A program made the position numbers and the translations under genes. This document shows, in pieces, positions 41,953 through 51,838 of a stretch of DNA of 64,000 nucleotides; the first letter of the stretch is position 1, and each line of letters starts with the position of its first letter. The stretch is taken from NCBI GenBank assembly GCA_963806035.1, contig CAWDWO010000007.1, positions 53,150-117,149 of the forward strand. Direction: 5' to 3'. The notes below the pieces were generated by a model, which ran no database searches, had not been told where the DNA came from, and saw only the letters and a list, made by a program, of their open reading frames with translations. This DNA is from Candidatus Krumholzibacteriota bacterium (lineage in GTDB: Bacteria > Krumholzibacteriota > Krumholzibacteriia > JAJRXK01).

Positions 41953-42383
41953 GAATCCACTCCTCGATCCGTTTCGACGCCCGCGCCCGCGCTCACGCGC
42001 AAACGTTGTGTCAGAGCATAGTACACGATGGCGATCAAACCTCCCGCTGAACTTCCCGCGAGGTCGGCCGCGTAGTCCGAAAGGGAAGCTGTGCGCCCCG
42101 GAATCAGCCGCTGGTAAGTCTCATCCACTGCACCCATGAAGAACGCGAGCAAGATCACCAGGAGCCAAGCCGCCAGGGCCGTCTTACCCTGCGCTCGGAA
42201 GAGGCGAAAAGAGAGAAAGCCCAGGATCGAGTACTCGATGCCATGGGCCAGATAGTCCTTCACGGAAAAGCCGACCTTCTGCAGGGTCGGCTCGGGAATC
42301 GAAGAAACGGCCAGAATCACCGCCATCCAGATGATGAGCGGGATTCGATAGTGGAGGGTAGAAGTCGCGTTTCCTGCTGTCAA
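41949..42383 (-). CDS. VanZ-family membrane protein
   Basis: WMAVILAVSSIP, DYLAHGIEYSILG, DETYQRLIPGRTASLSDYAAD. Confidence 0.88.
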   Translation of the reverse strand: MTAGNATSTLHYRIPLIIWMAVILAVSSIPEPTLQKVGFSVKDYLAHGIEYSILGFLSFRLFRAQGKTALAAWLLVILLAFFMGAVDETYQRLIPGRTASLSDYAADLAGSSAGGLIAIVYYALTQRLRVSAGAGVETDRGVDS

Positions 42384-42401
42384 GACGGCCCGCCGATGTG
42401 C

Positions 42402-43265
42402 TCAAGGACGCAGGTTGGGAAAGGGGCGATCCGGCGCGAAGCCGTCGATCCCCAAGAGCGCCAGCCCGCTCAACGCGAGCGCAGCGGGCATGTGCTTGTT
42501 GTCGAAGCGGAAGGCGTCCAGATTCAGAGCCGCCGAACGCAGGCTCCTGCGCGCGGCTGGGGAAAGACTCGGCGCCGCCGCCAGAACGATTCCGCCCCCC
42601 GGGGGGCCGGCCGGACCGAAACTGAAACGCTTGGGATCGATGATGCCGTCTTCGATGGCGCGGCGCAGATCGCTCTCGCGCACGATGGCGAGGTCATAGC
42701 TTCCGTGGGCCAGAGCGCAAAGCGCCTCCTCGTGATCGTAGACGTCGTGGCCGCTCGCCACCTCGGAGAATCCGGAGTCCAGGGGGTGGCCGTGCTCCGC
42801 CAGGTATTTGCTGGCGCCTTTGCCACCCATCCAAGACCAGGAGTCCCCCAGGATCAGCCGCGGCTTCGCCAACTCGAACCAGCGCTTACCCTGAGGAAAT
42901 ACCAGATAGGGCCGCTCGTAGGCCGCATCCAGTCCCGGGCCCTTGGCGCGGGCGAGAATCTCGAAGCCCGTCGAATCGGCCAGTAGCGAGACTGGCAACA
43001 AGAAGAGCCGCGCCTTCGAAAGTTCTTCGGGCATCTGCGATGCGGTGACGACCTTGGGCACCACGCTACGCCTCAGCTGTTGCGAGAGGTATTCGCAGAG
43101 CGGTTTCACCGCGCGCTGGGTGCGCGTGCGGCCACCACCTTCCAGCACGGTGAGCTGCACCGATCCCGGGAGCTGCGGATCGTGCCAGGGCAAGAAGGTA
43201 CTGAGCGCCGCGATCACCACGAGTCCGAAAATGATCCAGGTCCCCGCTTCGCCGACTCGCTTCAT
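42402..43265 (-). CDS. PhnD/phosphonate-type substrate-binding-like protein with N-terminal anchor
   Basis: PLCEYLSQQL.RSV, ILGDSWSWMGG....YL, HEEALCALAHGSYDLAIV resemble the Phosphonate-bd fold; divergent. Confidence 0.55.
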   Translation of the reverse strand: MKRVGEAGTWIIFGLVVIAALSTFLPWHDPQLPGSVQLTVLEGGGRTRTQRAVKPLCEYLSQQLRRSVVPKVVTASQMPEELSKARLFLLPVSLLADSTGFEILARAKGPGLDAAYERPYLVFPQGKRWFELAKPRLILGDSWSWMGGKGASKYLAEHGHPLDSGFSEVASGHDVYDHEEALCALAHGSYDLAIVRESDLRRAIEDGIIDPKRFSFGPAGPPGGGIVLAAAPSLSPAARRSLRSAALNLDAFRFDNKHMPAALALSGLALLGIDGFAPDRPFPNLRP

Positions 43266-44187
43266 CGCTTGCCCTTCCCCCGTCGACGATGACCTGGAAA
43301 CTGGACGGGTCCACCGTGGTGGAGATGACACCTTCGGGCACTTCGACTTTGGGCTCGATCTGGTAGACGCCGCCCTTGGTGTCCTCGAAGTGCACCACCA
43401 CTCTGAGGTCTTTCACGCCGATCGAGGCGAGCACGTGCGCGGGGCCTTTCAAGCGTAGCTTGGCGGACTTCGGCTGCACGTAGACCCGTGATGTGTCCAC
43501 CTGGTCGCTCACCACACTGATGGGCACGTTGATGAAGCTGCGTTCGATAATCTCGTCGATGGAGATGGATACATCGGCCTCCACCGGCCGGAGCACGAGG
43601 TCGGCGTCGGGGCTGACCAGACGCACGGTCTCACGGAACGAACGGCGCCGCTTGGAGATCTTCAAGGGTTGTGTATTGACGTGATCGAGTGAAGCCACCA
43701 GAGGAGCCGCGCCCTCCACTTTCACTTGCGGCGGGCTCACTTCCGGCTTCCCCGCCAGAATCAGACCCTCGTCCAACTTACCGGCCAGGATGACTCGGAC
43801 CGGTACCGAAGACTCCGCTTTGGGATAGATTCTGAGGTGCAGCGCGGTCGGGCTCTCGACCGAGAGAGCCGTACCCCCGTCGATCACCTCCCTCACCGAG
43901 ATGTCGTGGTGGAACTCGCCGACGCTCACCGAAGAGAGGTCGACCTCGACTCTGCCCCTGCCCTTGTTGAGGAGATCATGGAGCAGCCGCTCCAACTTCG
44001 ACTCGCGGAGTCTCACCCAGATCGTCTCCGGCGCCTTGGAAGCCCGGATCGCCAGACTGTCGGGCAAGCCGGTGAGTGACAGGGGCAGCTCCACGACCTT
44101 CTCCACGTCCTGCTGCGCCGCGGCCTGCGCCCAAAGCACGAGGGCGAGGAGCACACAAACTATTTTGACACTGAGGTTACGGGTCAT
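43262..44187 (-). CDS. YbbR/CdaR-family protein (true stop probably at 43262, masked by a G-run deletion)
   Basis: NLSVKIVCVLLALVLW, then YbbR-like repeats (VPVRV..GK...G......VSPPQVKVEG; NVPI....V.VQP....LKGP). One extra G in GGGGG would end it DGGKGKR* with an ATGA overlap onto the next gene. Confidence 0.8.
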
Positions 44188-44219
44188 GTTTGCATGACCT
44201 CAACGCGAAGTACGGTCTA

Positions 44220-45614
44220 TCAAGGGAGGATCAGATCCTGTCCCACCCGGAGGCTACTCGTTTTGAGATGATTGAGTTCCCGAATCGTCACGACACTGGT
44301 GTCGTAGACACGCGCGAGATCCCAGAGGGTGTCGCCACGACGAACCTTGTGGGTCCGCTGCCTGGCGATCTGAGGCTGTCCTTTCTCTCCGTACCGTTCG
44401 CAGTATGCAATGACCGCGCTGGCAATGGCCTTCGCGATTTCCACTTGAGTGGTGCGGTGTCTCAGGTGCCTCGCTTCGGTCTTGTTGCTCAAGTATCCTA
44501 CCTCGACCAGAATCGAGGGCATGGAGAGGGTACGCAGAACCGCGAAGCGCGCCTGTTTGATGAAGCGCGTGTCCATGCTGGAAACCCCTCCGAGGTGCTC
44601 CAGCGTCAGCTCCGCGAACTGACCACTGCGGCGCAGGATCCCCGAGGACTGCAAGTCCATGAGAATGGACATCATGGTGTCGTCCACCTGGTCGGTCGCG
44701 CCCATCCCCACCATGTGCGCCGCGTTCTCTCGGTTCGCCAGTTCGGCAGCAGCCTGGTCCGTCGCGCCACGGGGCGAGAGAAAGTAGATTTCCGCGCCGT
44801 GCGCCCGCGAAGAACGGGCGCTGTTGGCGTGGATACTCAGAAACAGATCTCCCTGGTGCCGGCGCGCGATCTCCACTCTACCGTGAAGGTCGATAAAACG
44901 ATCGCTACTGCGGGTCAGAATGACTTTGAAGTTGGTACGCGCGCGCAGCTCCTCGGCCATGTACTGCGCGATGTTCAACACCAGATCCTTCTCGCGGATC
45001 ACCCCGCAGCCGCGGGTGCCCGGATCCTTTCCGCCGTGCCCGGGGTCGATGACGATCACGTAGGGGTGACCCTCTCCCGGCGCGTGCAGGGTGGGTGAAC
45101 TCGCGCGAATCACTTCCGCCTGCTGCCTGTCTGGAACAGCGGAGCCCGGGGCAGTCGAGTCGATTTCCGGCTGCTTCTCCTCCGCCTCCTCCGCGCTCGC
45201 GAGCTGCGCCTCGGGCGCGCCGGAACCACCGTCCACGTCGATCACCACGCGCGGAGGTTTGGATTCGGAGGCCGCCAAGCTGAAGTGGGAATAGGCCAGT
45301 TGGCCCTCGAGGTCGAGCACAACTTGAAGACGGTTCCCCAGATCGTTGAAGCGCACTCTCTTCACCCGCTTCTGGTCGATCGCCATTTCGCTCATGTTGA
45401 GCTTGGCCGAGTGCGGAAACTCCAGCACGATCCGCTCCGGATTGTGCACGCGCCGGATGCGATAGTCGCTCTGTCGGCTCAGGTCGAGCACGATCCGCGT
45501 GCGCTCCTCCGTGCTGGAATGACGCACGCGCAGAAGCTCTGCGGCCGAGACATCCAGCACGGCGGACAGGCTCCAGACCAGAGCCAAGAGGAAGAGAAGA
45601 AGCTTCTTGGTCAT
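44220..45614 (-). CDS. N-acetylmuramoyl-L-alanine amidase (AMIN + Amidase_3 + LysM)
   Basis: TRIVLDL, IVIDPGHGGKDPG, EKDLVL, FLSIHANS, FAVLR....PSILVEVGYLSN, HKVRRGDTLW. Confidence 0.94.
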   Translation of the reverse strand: MTKKLLLFLLALVWSLSAVLDVSAAELLRVRHSSTEERTRIVLDLSRQSDYRIRRVHNPERIVLEFPHSAKLNMSEMAIDQKRVKRVRFNDLGNRLQVVLDLEGQLAYSHFSLAASESKPPRVVIDVDGGSGAPEAQLASAEEAEEKQPEIDSTAPGSAVPDRQQAEVIRASSPTLHAPGEGHPYVIVIDPGHGGKDPGTRGCGVIREKDLVLNIAQYMAEELRARTNFKVILTRSSDRFIDLHGRVEIARRHQGDLFLSIHANSARSSRAHGAEIYFLSPRGATDQAAAELANRENAAHMVGMGATDQVDDTMMSILMDLQSSGILRRSGQFAELTLEHLGGVSSMDTRFIKQARFAVLRTLSMPSILVEVGYLSNKTEARHLRHRTTQVEIAKAIASAVIAYCERYGEKGQPQIARQRTHKVRRGDTLWDLARVYDTSVVTIRELNHLKTSSLRVGQDLILP

Positions 45615-45649
45615 GTGTGCACGGAGGATGGGTGAATCCTCTCGGCGGC

Positions 45650-45678
45650 AGCCTAGATAGCCAATGCGAGCCTGTCAA
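45650..45678 (-). promoter_or_regulatory. Sigma70-type promoter of the amidase operon
   Basis: TTGACA-17 nt-TAGGCT. Confidence 0.65.
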
Positions 45679-45730
45679 CGTCGGGACGCGCCCAAGAAGT
45701 TCTGATGCGAACTATCTCGGCGATTTCGGC

Positions 45731-46645
45731 TCAGTCGCGGATGATGAAGAGGAAGGGATTCTCGGTCTTGCCGTTCTGCACGACCTCGTAGTGGACGTGC
45801 GGACCGGTGCTCCGACCGGTATTTCCCACATAGCCGATGAGATCGCCCCGGTGGATGCGCTGTCCCTTGTGCACCGTGAAGCCGTTCAGATGGCCGTAGC
45901 GCGTATGGACTCCATTGCCATGGTCCAGCTCCACCATCTTCCCCATGCGGCCACGGCGCGAGGCGCGCACCACCACTCCGTCCGCAGTCGCATGGACCGG
46001 AGTGCCGATGGGTGCCGAGAAATCCACACCGTTGTGAAAGGCCGGTCTGCCGGTGAAGGGATCGATGCGCCGGCCGTAGCGACTCGAGAGATAACCGCGC
46101 TGCAGGGGACGAATGCTGGGAGTGGCCTCGCGAGCGAGTTGATCGTCCTGCAGGACGCGAAGCACCTGCTGGTAGCTCTCCTCCTGGAAGCGGGCCTGCC
46201 GCAGCAGCTTGTCGAGCTGGTCGGAGACCTCGCTCAGCCGCTGCCGGCTCAAAGGCGTCAGGCTCTCCACGGAGGGATCCGGGGCCGGCTCGGGGCCGCC
46301 CACGCCCATCTGGATGACCGTCTTGTCCAGGGTGCCCAGGCCAGCCAGAAGGTTGGCCCGTTCCAAGAGCTCGAAGTTACGGCTCATCTGGGCTTCGTAG
46401 CCGGCCGACTTCTCCTGCAATTGGGTAATCTTGGTGCGCAGCGCCTTGATTTCGCGGCCGCGACGTCCCTCTTCGTGCATGGCCAGACCCTGGCGCACGA
46501 ATCCGACCGTCATCACTCCGACCATCAGGAACAAGAGCAGAAGGGCAGCGGCCACAGCGCTCACCAGACGCTTGCTGAGCCGCACCGTGCGCACTCCACC
46601 TTCCCCGCTGGGGACGTAGAGGAATGTCCAATGGGAATCTTTCAT
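45731..46645 (-). CDS. M23-family metallopeptidase
   Basis: TM and coiled coil, TPSIRP, FHNGVD, TRYGHL, VGNTGRSTGPHVHYEV. Confidence 0.93.
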   Translation of the reverse strand: MKDSHWTFLYVPSGEGGVRTVRLSKRLVSAVAAALLLLFLMVGVMTVGFVRQGLAMHEEGRRGREIKALRTKITQLQEKSAGYEAQMSRNFELLERANLLAGLGTLDKTVIQMGVGGPEPAPDPSVESLTPLSRQRLSEVSDQLDKLLRQARFQEESYQQVLRVLQDDQLAREATPSIRPLQRGYLSSRYGRRIDPFTGRPAFHNGVDFSAPIGTPVHATADGVVVRASRRGRMGKMVELDHGNGVHTRYGHLNGFTVHKGQRIHRGDLIGYVGNTGRSTGPHVHYEVVQNGKTENPFLFIIRD

Positions 46646-46721
46646 CGTTTCGTGATTGGGGCTCTTTTGGCAGTCGTTCGCGGTTTGGGTTCGTGCGGGG
46701 CATTGTCCGAAGAGCCGCGCT

Positions 46722-46750
46722 ACGTTACGCAGGCCCCGGCGGCTTGTCAA
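46722..46750 (-). promoter_or_regulatory. Sigma70-type promoter of the M23 gene
   Basis: TTGACA-17 nt-TAACGT. Confidence 0.6.
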
Positions 46751-46844
46751 GCCGGCCCCACTGGTCCAACGCAGATCAGCAAAAGATGTTCCAAGAACGT
46801 CCGGCCCGCTCCCAGCACGGGCCCCGGGCGCCCCATCGTGCCCC

Positions 46845-47711
46845 TCAGCCCTCGTCGTAGTGCATTCGCAAAACCTCGTATTCTTGGTCAGCTTCGCGAA
46901 GACGCCGCAGAGCGCGTTCCTTGAGCTGGCGGATCCGCTCGCGGGTGAGATTCATCCGCTGGCCGATCTCCTCTAAGGTCAAGGAGCGTACTTCACCCAT
47001 CCCGTAATAGAGCTGGAGAATTTCCGCTTCTCGCTGCGGAAGGCCGGTGAGGGCCTTCTCGATGTCGTCCCGGCGGCTGCGCTCCAGGAGAGGCACCTCT
47101 GCCCCTCTCTCGGGGCGATCGGCCAGGGTTTCGACGTAGCTGCGGCCGTCCTCGTCGCTGAGAAGATCGTCGAGATAGGCCTCGGATTGACCCACGCACA
47201 AGGCCTCGCGGACCTCGGGCTCGCTGTAGCCACAATCGGCCGCGATCTCGTCGGGCCGCGGGTCCCGACCCAGGACCTGTTGCAGACGTCCCTGCGCTTT
47301 GGTGACGCGATGTAAAACCGCGGTGCGGTTCTGCGGCAAGCGGACGACACGGGATTGGTCAGAGAGCGCCTGCAGGATGGACTGGCGAATCCACCACACG
47401 GCATAGGAGATGAATTTGAAGCCCCGCTTCTCGTCGAAGCGGTGCGCCGCCTTCATCAGACCCAGATTGCCCTCGTTGATCAGGTCCTGTAGCGAGAGGC
47501 CCTGATTCATGTACTGCTTGGCCACGGTGACCACGAAGCGGAGATTGGCACGCACCATTTCGTGCGCGGCTTCCTCGTCACCGTCGTGAATCCTGCGAGC
47601 CAGACGAATTTCATCGTCTTTGGTGAGAAGCGGATAGCGTCCGATCTCTCGCAGGTATTGTTCGAGACTGCGTTCGTTCCTTCCTCCACCTCGTGCGCGA
47701 TGGCGGATCAT
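46845..47711 (-). CDS. RpoD/SigA-family RNA polymerase sigma factor lacking region 1.1 (start uncertain)
   Basis: YLREIGRYPLLT, ANLRFVVTVAKQY, DLINEGNLGLMKAA.RFD..RGFKFISYAVWWIRQ, TLEEIG...LTRERIRQ. Confidence 0.93.
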   Translation of the reverse strand: MIRHRARGGGRNERSLEQYLREIGRYPLLTKDDEIRLARRIHDGDEEAAHEMVRANLRFVVTVAKQYMNQGLSLQDLINEGNLGLMKAAHRFDEKRGFKFISYAVWWIRQSILQALSDQSRVVRLPQNRTAVLHRVTKAQGRLQQVLGRDPRPDEIAADCGYSEPEVREALCVGQSEAYLDDLLSDEDGRSYVETLADRPERGAEVPLLERSRRDDIEKALTGLPQREAEILQLYYGMGEVRSLTLEEIGQRMNLTRERIRQLKERALRRLREADQEYEVLRMHYDEG

Positions 47712-47856
47712 GACAAGGTTCCTGACCTGGGGTACGGATCTCAGCGACCGGCTCGCTGATCGGTTGACTTCACCCCTCCTTCGACATGGGCGGTGGCAAG
47801 CCCGCCCCACCGCGTGCGCTCTGATCGGCGAGATAGAGCGCAGCGGAAATTCAAGA

Positions 47857-49419
47857 TTACGGTTGCTCCGGAGCCTTTTTTGGCGAGGGCTTCGGATCGA
47901 TCTCGAGATAACTGTTCATGTCGCCGCGGCGCACCAGGAGCCGGATGGGACTGCCGTCCTTCGCGCCCTGGCGCACCTGTAATTGGGTCTGAAAAACTGC
48001 ATAGGAATCGGCGTTGCCTTCCAGCGGCACTCCGTCGAATTCCACGATCAGGTCTCCCGGGCGCAATCGAGCACGGTCGGCGGGACTGTCCTTCCACACT
48101 CGCACCACCACCACACCCTCCTGGTCGCCGAGGTCGAATTCGTCCTTGAGGTTTTGGACCTGGGGATCCGGGCTGTCCAGCGGCGCGGTACTGAACCCGA
48201 GCCAGGGTTCTTGTTCCTTGGAAGTGCCGGCCGCAGCGAGCGCCGCCGCCTCGTCGAATTCATCCAACACCACGTCGAAATCGAGCGGCTTGCCATCGCG
48301 CATGACGCGCAGGTGAGCCTTCGAACCCACTTCGGATTCAGCCACTCGAAAGCGCAGGGCCGGAATGTGCTCCACCGGTTCCCCGTTGTATTCGGTGAGA
48401 ACGTCGCCCGCCTTCAATCCCGCGCGTGCGCTGGGCGTGTCGGGAAGAACCTCGGTGATCACCACTCCCTGGTCCTCGGGGATCGTCTGGCCCTGCTGGC
48501 GCAAGTTCTCGATCTCGGCCATGGTGATTCCGAGATAGCCGCGCCGTACGCGACCGAACTCGCGGATCTGCTGATAGACGTAGCTCGTGAGACGCGCGGG
48601 AATCGCGAAGCCGATGCCCTGACCGGCGCGGTTGATGGCGGTGTTCACTCCGATCACGTCGCCACTGATGTCCACCAAGGGTCCCCCGCTGTTGCCGGGA
48701 TTGATCGCCGCATCGGTCTGCAGAAAGTTCTGGTAGCGCAGCATGTCCGCGCCCTGAATGGCCAGATTGGCGCGTCCCTTGGCGCTGATCACGCCGACGG
48801 TGAGGCTGCCCTCCAGCTCTCCCAGCGGGTTCCCGATGGCGATGGCCCAATCGCCCACGCGGATTCCCTCGCTGTCGCCGAAGCGCAGGTAGTGCAGCTG
48901 GTGATCGGGCTCGACCTTGATGACCGCCAAGTCGGTGGCGGGATCCGTCCCCACCACTTTTGCCGTCAGGGGCTCGCTCACCCCGGCCAGCTTCACGTGA
49001 ATGTTGTCGGCGTTTTCGATGACGTGATTGTTGGTGACGATGTATCCGTCGGGTGAGACCACGAAACCCGAACCAGCGCCAGGCACGTCGAAGTCGGGAT
49101 GGTGGAAATCGCGGCCCTTGGGGAAGAACTCGCGGAACATCTCGCGCAGGCTACTATCGCTGCTGGAGCTGTGCACGGTTCGGATGGCAACGACGGCTGG
49201 AGTCACGCGCTCAGCCACTTTGACGAAGGGCGAGTGCAGAGCCTGTGCCGCGGGGACTTCGCTTCCCTCCGCGGCGAAAGCAGTCTCGAGCGAGAAAAAG
49301 AGGGAACTCGCGCACAGCGCGAGACTACAAGTGAGCAGTCCCGCCAAACGCAGAGTTAGGTCACGCCGCTTGCGCGGAGACCTAGGGGTATGTGAACTCC
49401 TGGCGTATTCAGTCTGCAT
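47857..49419 (-). CDS. Do/DegP/DegQ serine endoprotease with two PDZ domains
   Basis: GSGFVV, TNNHVI, TDLAVIK, QTDAAINPGNSGGPL, GIGFAIP, two PDZ domains. Confidence 0.95.
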   Translation of the reverse strand: MQTEYARSSHTPRSPRKRRDLTLRLAGLLTCSLALCASSLFFSLETAFAAEGSEVPAAQALHSPFVKVAERVTPAVVAIRTVHSSSSDSSLREMFREFFPKGRDFHHPDFDVPGAGSGFVVSPDGYIVTNNHVIENADNIHVKLAGVSEPLTAKVVGTDPATDLAVIKVEPDHQLHYLRFGDSEGIRVGDWAIAIGNPLGELEGSLTVGVISAKGRANLAIQGADMLRYQNFLQTDAAINPGNSGGPLVDISGDVIGVNTAINRAGQGIGFAIPARLTSYVYQQIREFGRVRRGYLGITMAEIENLRQQGQTIPEDQGVVITEVLPDTPSARAGLKAGDVLTEYNGEPVEHIPALRFRVAESEVGSKAHLRVMRDGKPLDFDVVLDEFDEAAALAAAGTSKEQEPWLGFSTAPLDSPDPQVQNLKDEFDLGDQEGVVVVRVWKDSPADRARLRPGDLIVEFDGVPLEGNADSYAVFQTQLQVRQGAKDGSPIRLLVRRGDMNSYLEIDPKPSPKKAPEQP

Positions 49420-49551
49420 CGAGCACGACCATCCTACTGCTGATCCCTTGGCCTCGGCCTGATCCCAAGCCCGGGGGCAAATGCAGCTCGGATCGATCGT
49501 CCAGTGGAACGGAGGAGGGTGGGAGCCTCCTGGCAAGCCCGTTCTAGTTCC

Positions 49552-49580
49552 AGAATAGCAGTAAGCGCCGGCGGGGTCAA
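49552..49580 (-). promoter_or_regulatory. Sigma70-type promoter with extended -10 upstream of the protease gene
   Basis: TTGACC-17 nt-TATTCT, with TGn directly before the -10. Confidence 0.65.
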
Positions 49581-49975
49581 TCCGGACGATCGCTCTCGTC
49601 CGCTTCGGTGGCGCCCTGCGCGGCCTCTTGCGCGGTCTGCTCCCCGCTCCTCTCGCCGTCCTGCGCGGAGGACTTGGCTTTGGACTGCCGCAGCTCGTGC
49701 ATCTCCTCCTCGGCCTGATGGAGCTCCTCCTGGTGGCGCGCAATCCGGCCCATTTCCGCCCTCACCGTGGCATCCGTGCTCAGAACCGCGTTTTCGTCCT
49801 CGCTCATCAGGCGGTGCACCAGGCGCCCCAGGCGCGCGTAGTCCCGCTCGAGATCGCGCGCGATCCCGTGCCGGTCATAGGCCCTCATCCCCAGACGAGC
49901 CAGCCGATCTGTGCCCTGGGCCGCCTCCTGGAACCAATTCCCCATGCTCTGCTTGACCTCTTCCCACGAGTTCAT
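49577..49975 (-). CDS. Hypothetical helical/coiled-coil protein
   Basis: AAGGAG RBS, then MNSWEEVKQSMGNWFQEAAQGTDRLARLG...LERDYARLGRLVH. Confidence 0.7.
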   Translation of the reverse strand: MNSWEEVKQSMGNWFQEAAQGTDRLARLGMRAYDRHGIARDLERDYARLGRLVHRLMSEDENAVLSTDATVRAEMGRIARHQEELHQAEEEMHELRQSKAKSSAQDGERSGEQTAQEAAQGATEADESDRPD

Positions 49976-50066
49976 GGCATTCTCCTTCCCGCTCACGGTT
50001 GCCCGTTACCGGGGCTTGCTCTACCCTGCGTTCACGCCGGCGGAGACGTGGACCAGGAATCTCATA

Positions 50067-50813
50067 ATGACAGAAACCGTCTATTTTGCCAGTGACACGC
50101 ACTTCGGAGCCATGGCCGCGCCGCGCGAACGAGCCCGAATCGAGCGTTTTCTCAACTGGTTGCAGGGCCTGGAGGATGGATCCGAACTCATCCTCCTGGG
50201 GGATATATTCGACTTCTGGCTGGACTATCCCACCTTCATGCCCAAGACGCACCTGGAGATTCTCTACGGACTGAGAAAGCTGCAGGATCGCGGCTGCCGG
50301 ATCTCCTTCGTGGGAGGAAACCACGACATCTGGTGCGCCGACTTCCTGCGCGAGCAATTGGACATTCCCATTCTCGCCGGCGGCACCGTCATCGAGCGCC
50401 AGGGGCGCAAGCTGCGGCTGGATCACGGTGACGGAATCCTGAGCGGAGACATCTTCTACCGGGGATTCCGGGCGGCGGTGCGCAATCCCCTCCTCGTGTT
50501 TCTCGCCAAATCCCTGCATCCGGAAATCCGAACTGGCTCGCCAACCAGCTTTCCAACGCCTCGCGCAAGAAGGGCCGCGAGCGGGGCGCTGGTTTGGACG
50601 AGGCCATCGGGCGTTACGGCGAGCAGCACGATCACTCGGACGTCGACTATCTGGTGATCGGGCACATCCATCACCCCTGCAACAGCCTTCGATTCCTGGC
50701 GCCTGGTCTGTCTGGGAGATTGGGTGCAGCACCAAACCTACGGGCGGCTGCGCGCGGGGGAACTCGAGGTCCTGACGGCCCCAGATCTCGATGGCGAGGC
50801 CGTGAGCGCCTGA
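50067..50813 (+). CDS. UDP-2,3-diacylglucosamine diphosphatase (LpxH-like), frameshifted near 50530 and 50690
   Basis: YFASDTHFG, LLGDIFDFW, VGGNHD, HGD; then LVIGHIHHP and CLGDWVQHQTY in other frames. Confidence 0.85.
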
Positions 50814-50820
50814 GGGGGGT

Positions 50821-51747
50821 TCAGGGCAGGAACGCGAAAGACAGCGAAATCCGGTGGTCATCCTAGAGATCGTTGCCGCTGTCCATGTAGGGGGTAATCC
50901 ACGCTCAGACTGCCCGCGTGATAGCCCAGACCCGCGGTGAGTCCGTAGGAATCGTAGTTGATGCGGAGCCCGCCCGCAGCGCGAAGCTCGAATGGAGCCG
51001 CATTTCGCCCCCCACGTGAATGCGCCCGTTGCCATCGTTGGGGAGCACGAGGTCGGTGGCCAGGGTGAAATTCTGGGCCATCCCCTCCCCCTCGGTATGC
51101 GGGGTGTAGCTGGCGCCCAGGCGAGTCGTGAGGGGAAGATCGTAGGGCTCCTCCTTCACGGTCATCTGTCCGCCGAGATTGGCCACAGCCGCGGCCAGGG
51201 TGAGACCGGGAATCTTGCTGCGGTGGCTGATTCCCAGGTCCAGGGCCAGGCCCTGTGCGCTGTAGGCATCGATGCGCTCGTAGAGGAACTTCCCGACCAG
51301 CCCCAGAGAGAAATCCTTGAACTGGTAGGCGTAGCCCAGGCCCACCGCGAGTTGGTAGGGTTCCTAAAGCCCCCGGGGAAACGCCAATGCGATCCAGAGT
51401 GGTGCGGGGGATGGACTCACTGTAAAAACCGCTGAAGATGAGGCCGATGGCTCCCTGCGGCAGACGGTGGCTCACGGCCGCGGCTTCCTGCCGGAAGAGA
51501 CTGAAGTGCTCGACATGCTGCAGCGTGAGATTCGTCCCCTCGGTGAGCACGAGATTGGCCGGGTTGTAGTACATGGCCGTCGCGCCGCTCGACTCGGCGA
51601 CACCCACGTCTCCCATGGCGCCGTTGCGCGCGCCGATCCCGAACCGCAGCGAGAGGAAACCCGCATCCCCGGGATTTCCCGCCCAGGCCGGGGGCGCGAT
51701 CGCCAGAAAGACGAACAAAAAAAGGCGAAACACGATGAATTGCGCAT
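50821..51747 (-). CDS. PorV/PorQ-family beta-barrel protein with several frameshifts (likely sequence errors)
   Basis: GGGGAG RBS and ATG at 51747; LRFGIGARNGAMG...ATAMYYNPANL; in other frames LGLVGKFLYERI..YSAQGLALDLG, ANLGG, LPLTTRLG, and terminal HRISLSFAFLP*. Confidence 0.8.
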
Positions 51748-51838
51748 GAGGCTCCCCCAGGGATTCGGACCGCGCCTGAGGCACGGATTGGAGATTGAGT
51801 ATACAGCTCCCATCGAGACCTTGGCAAAGGCCAGCGCC

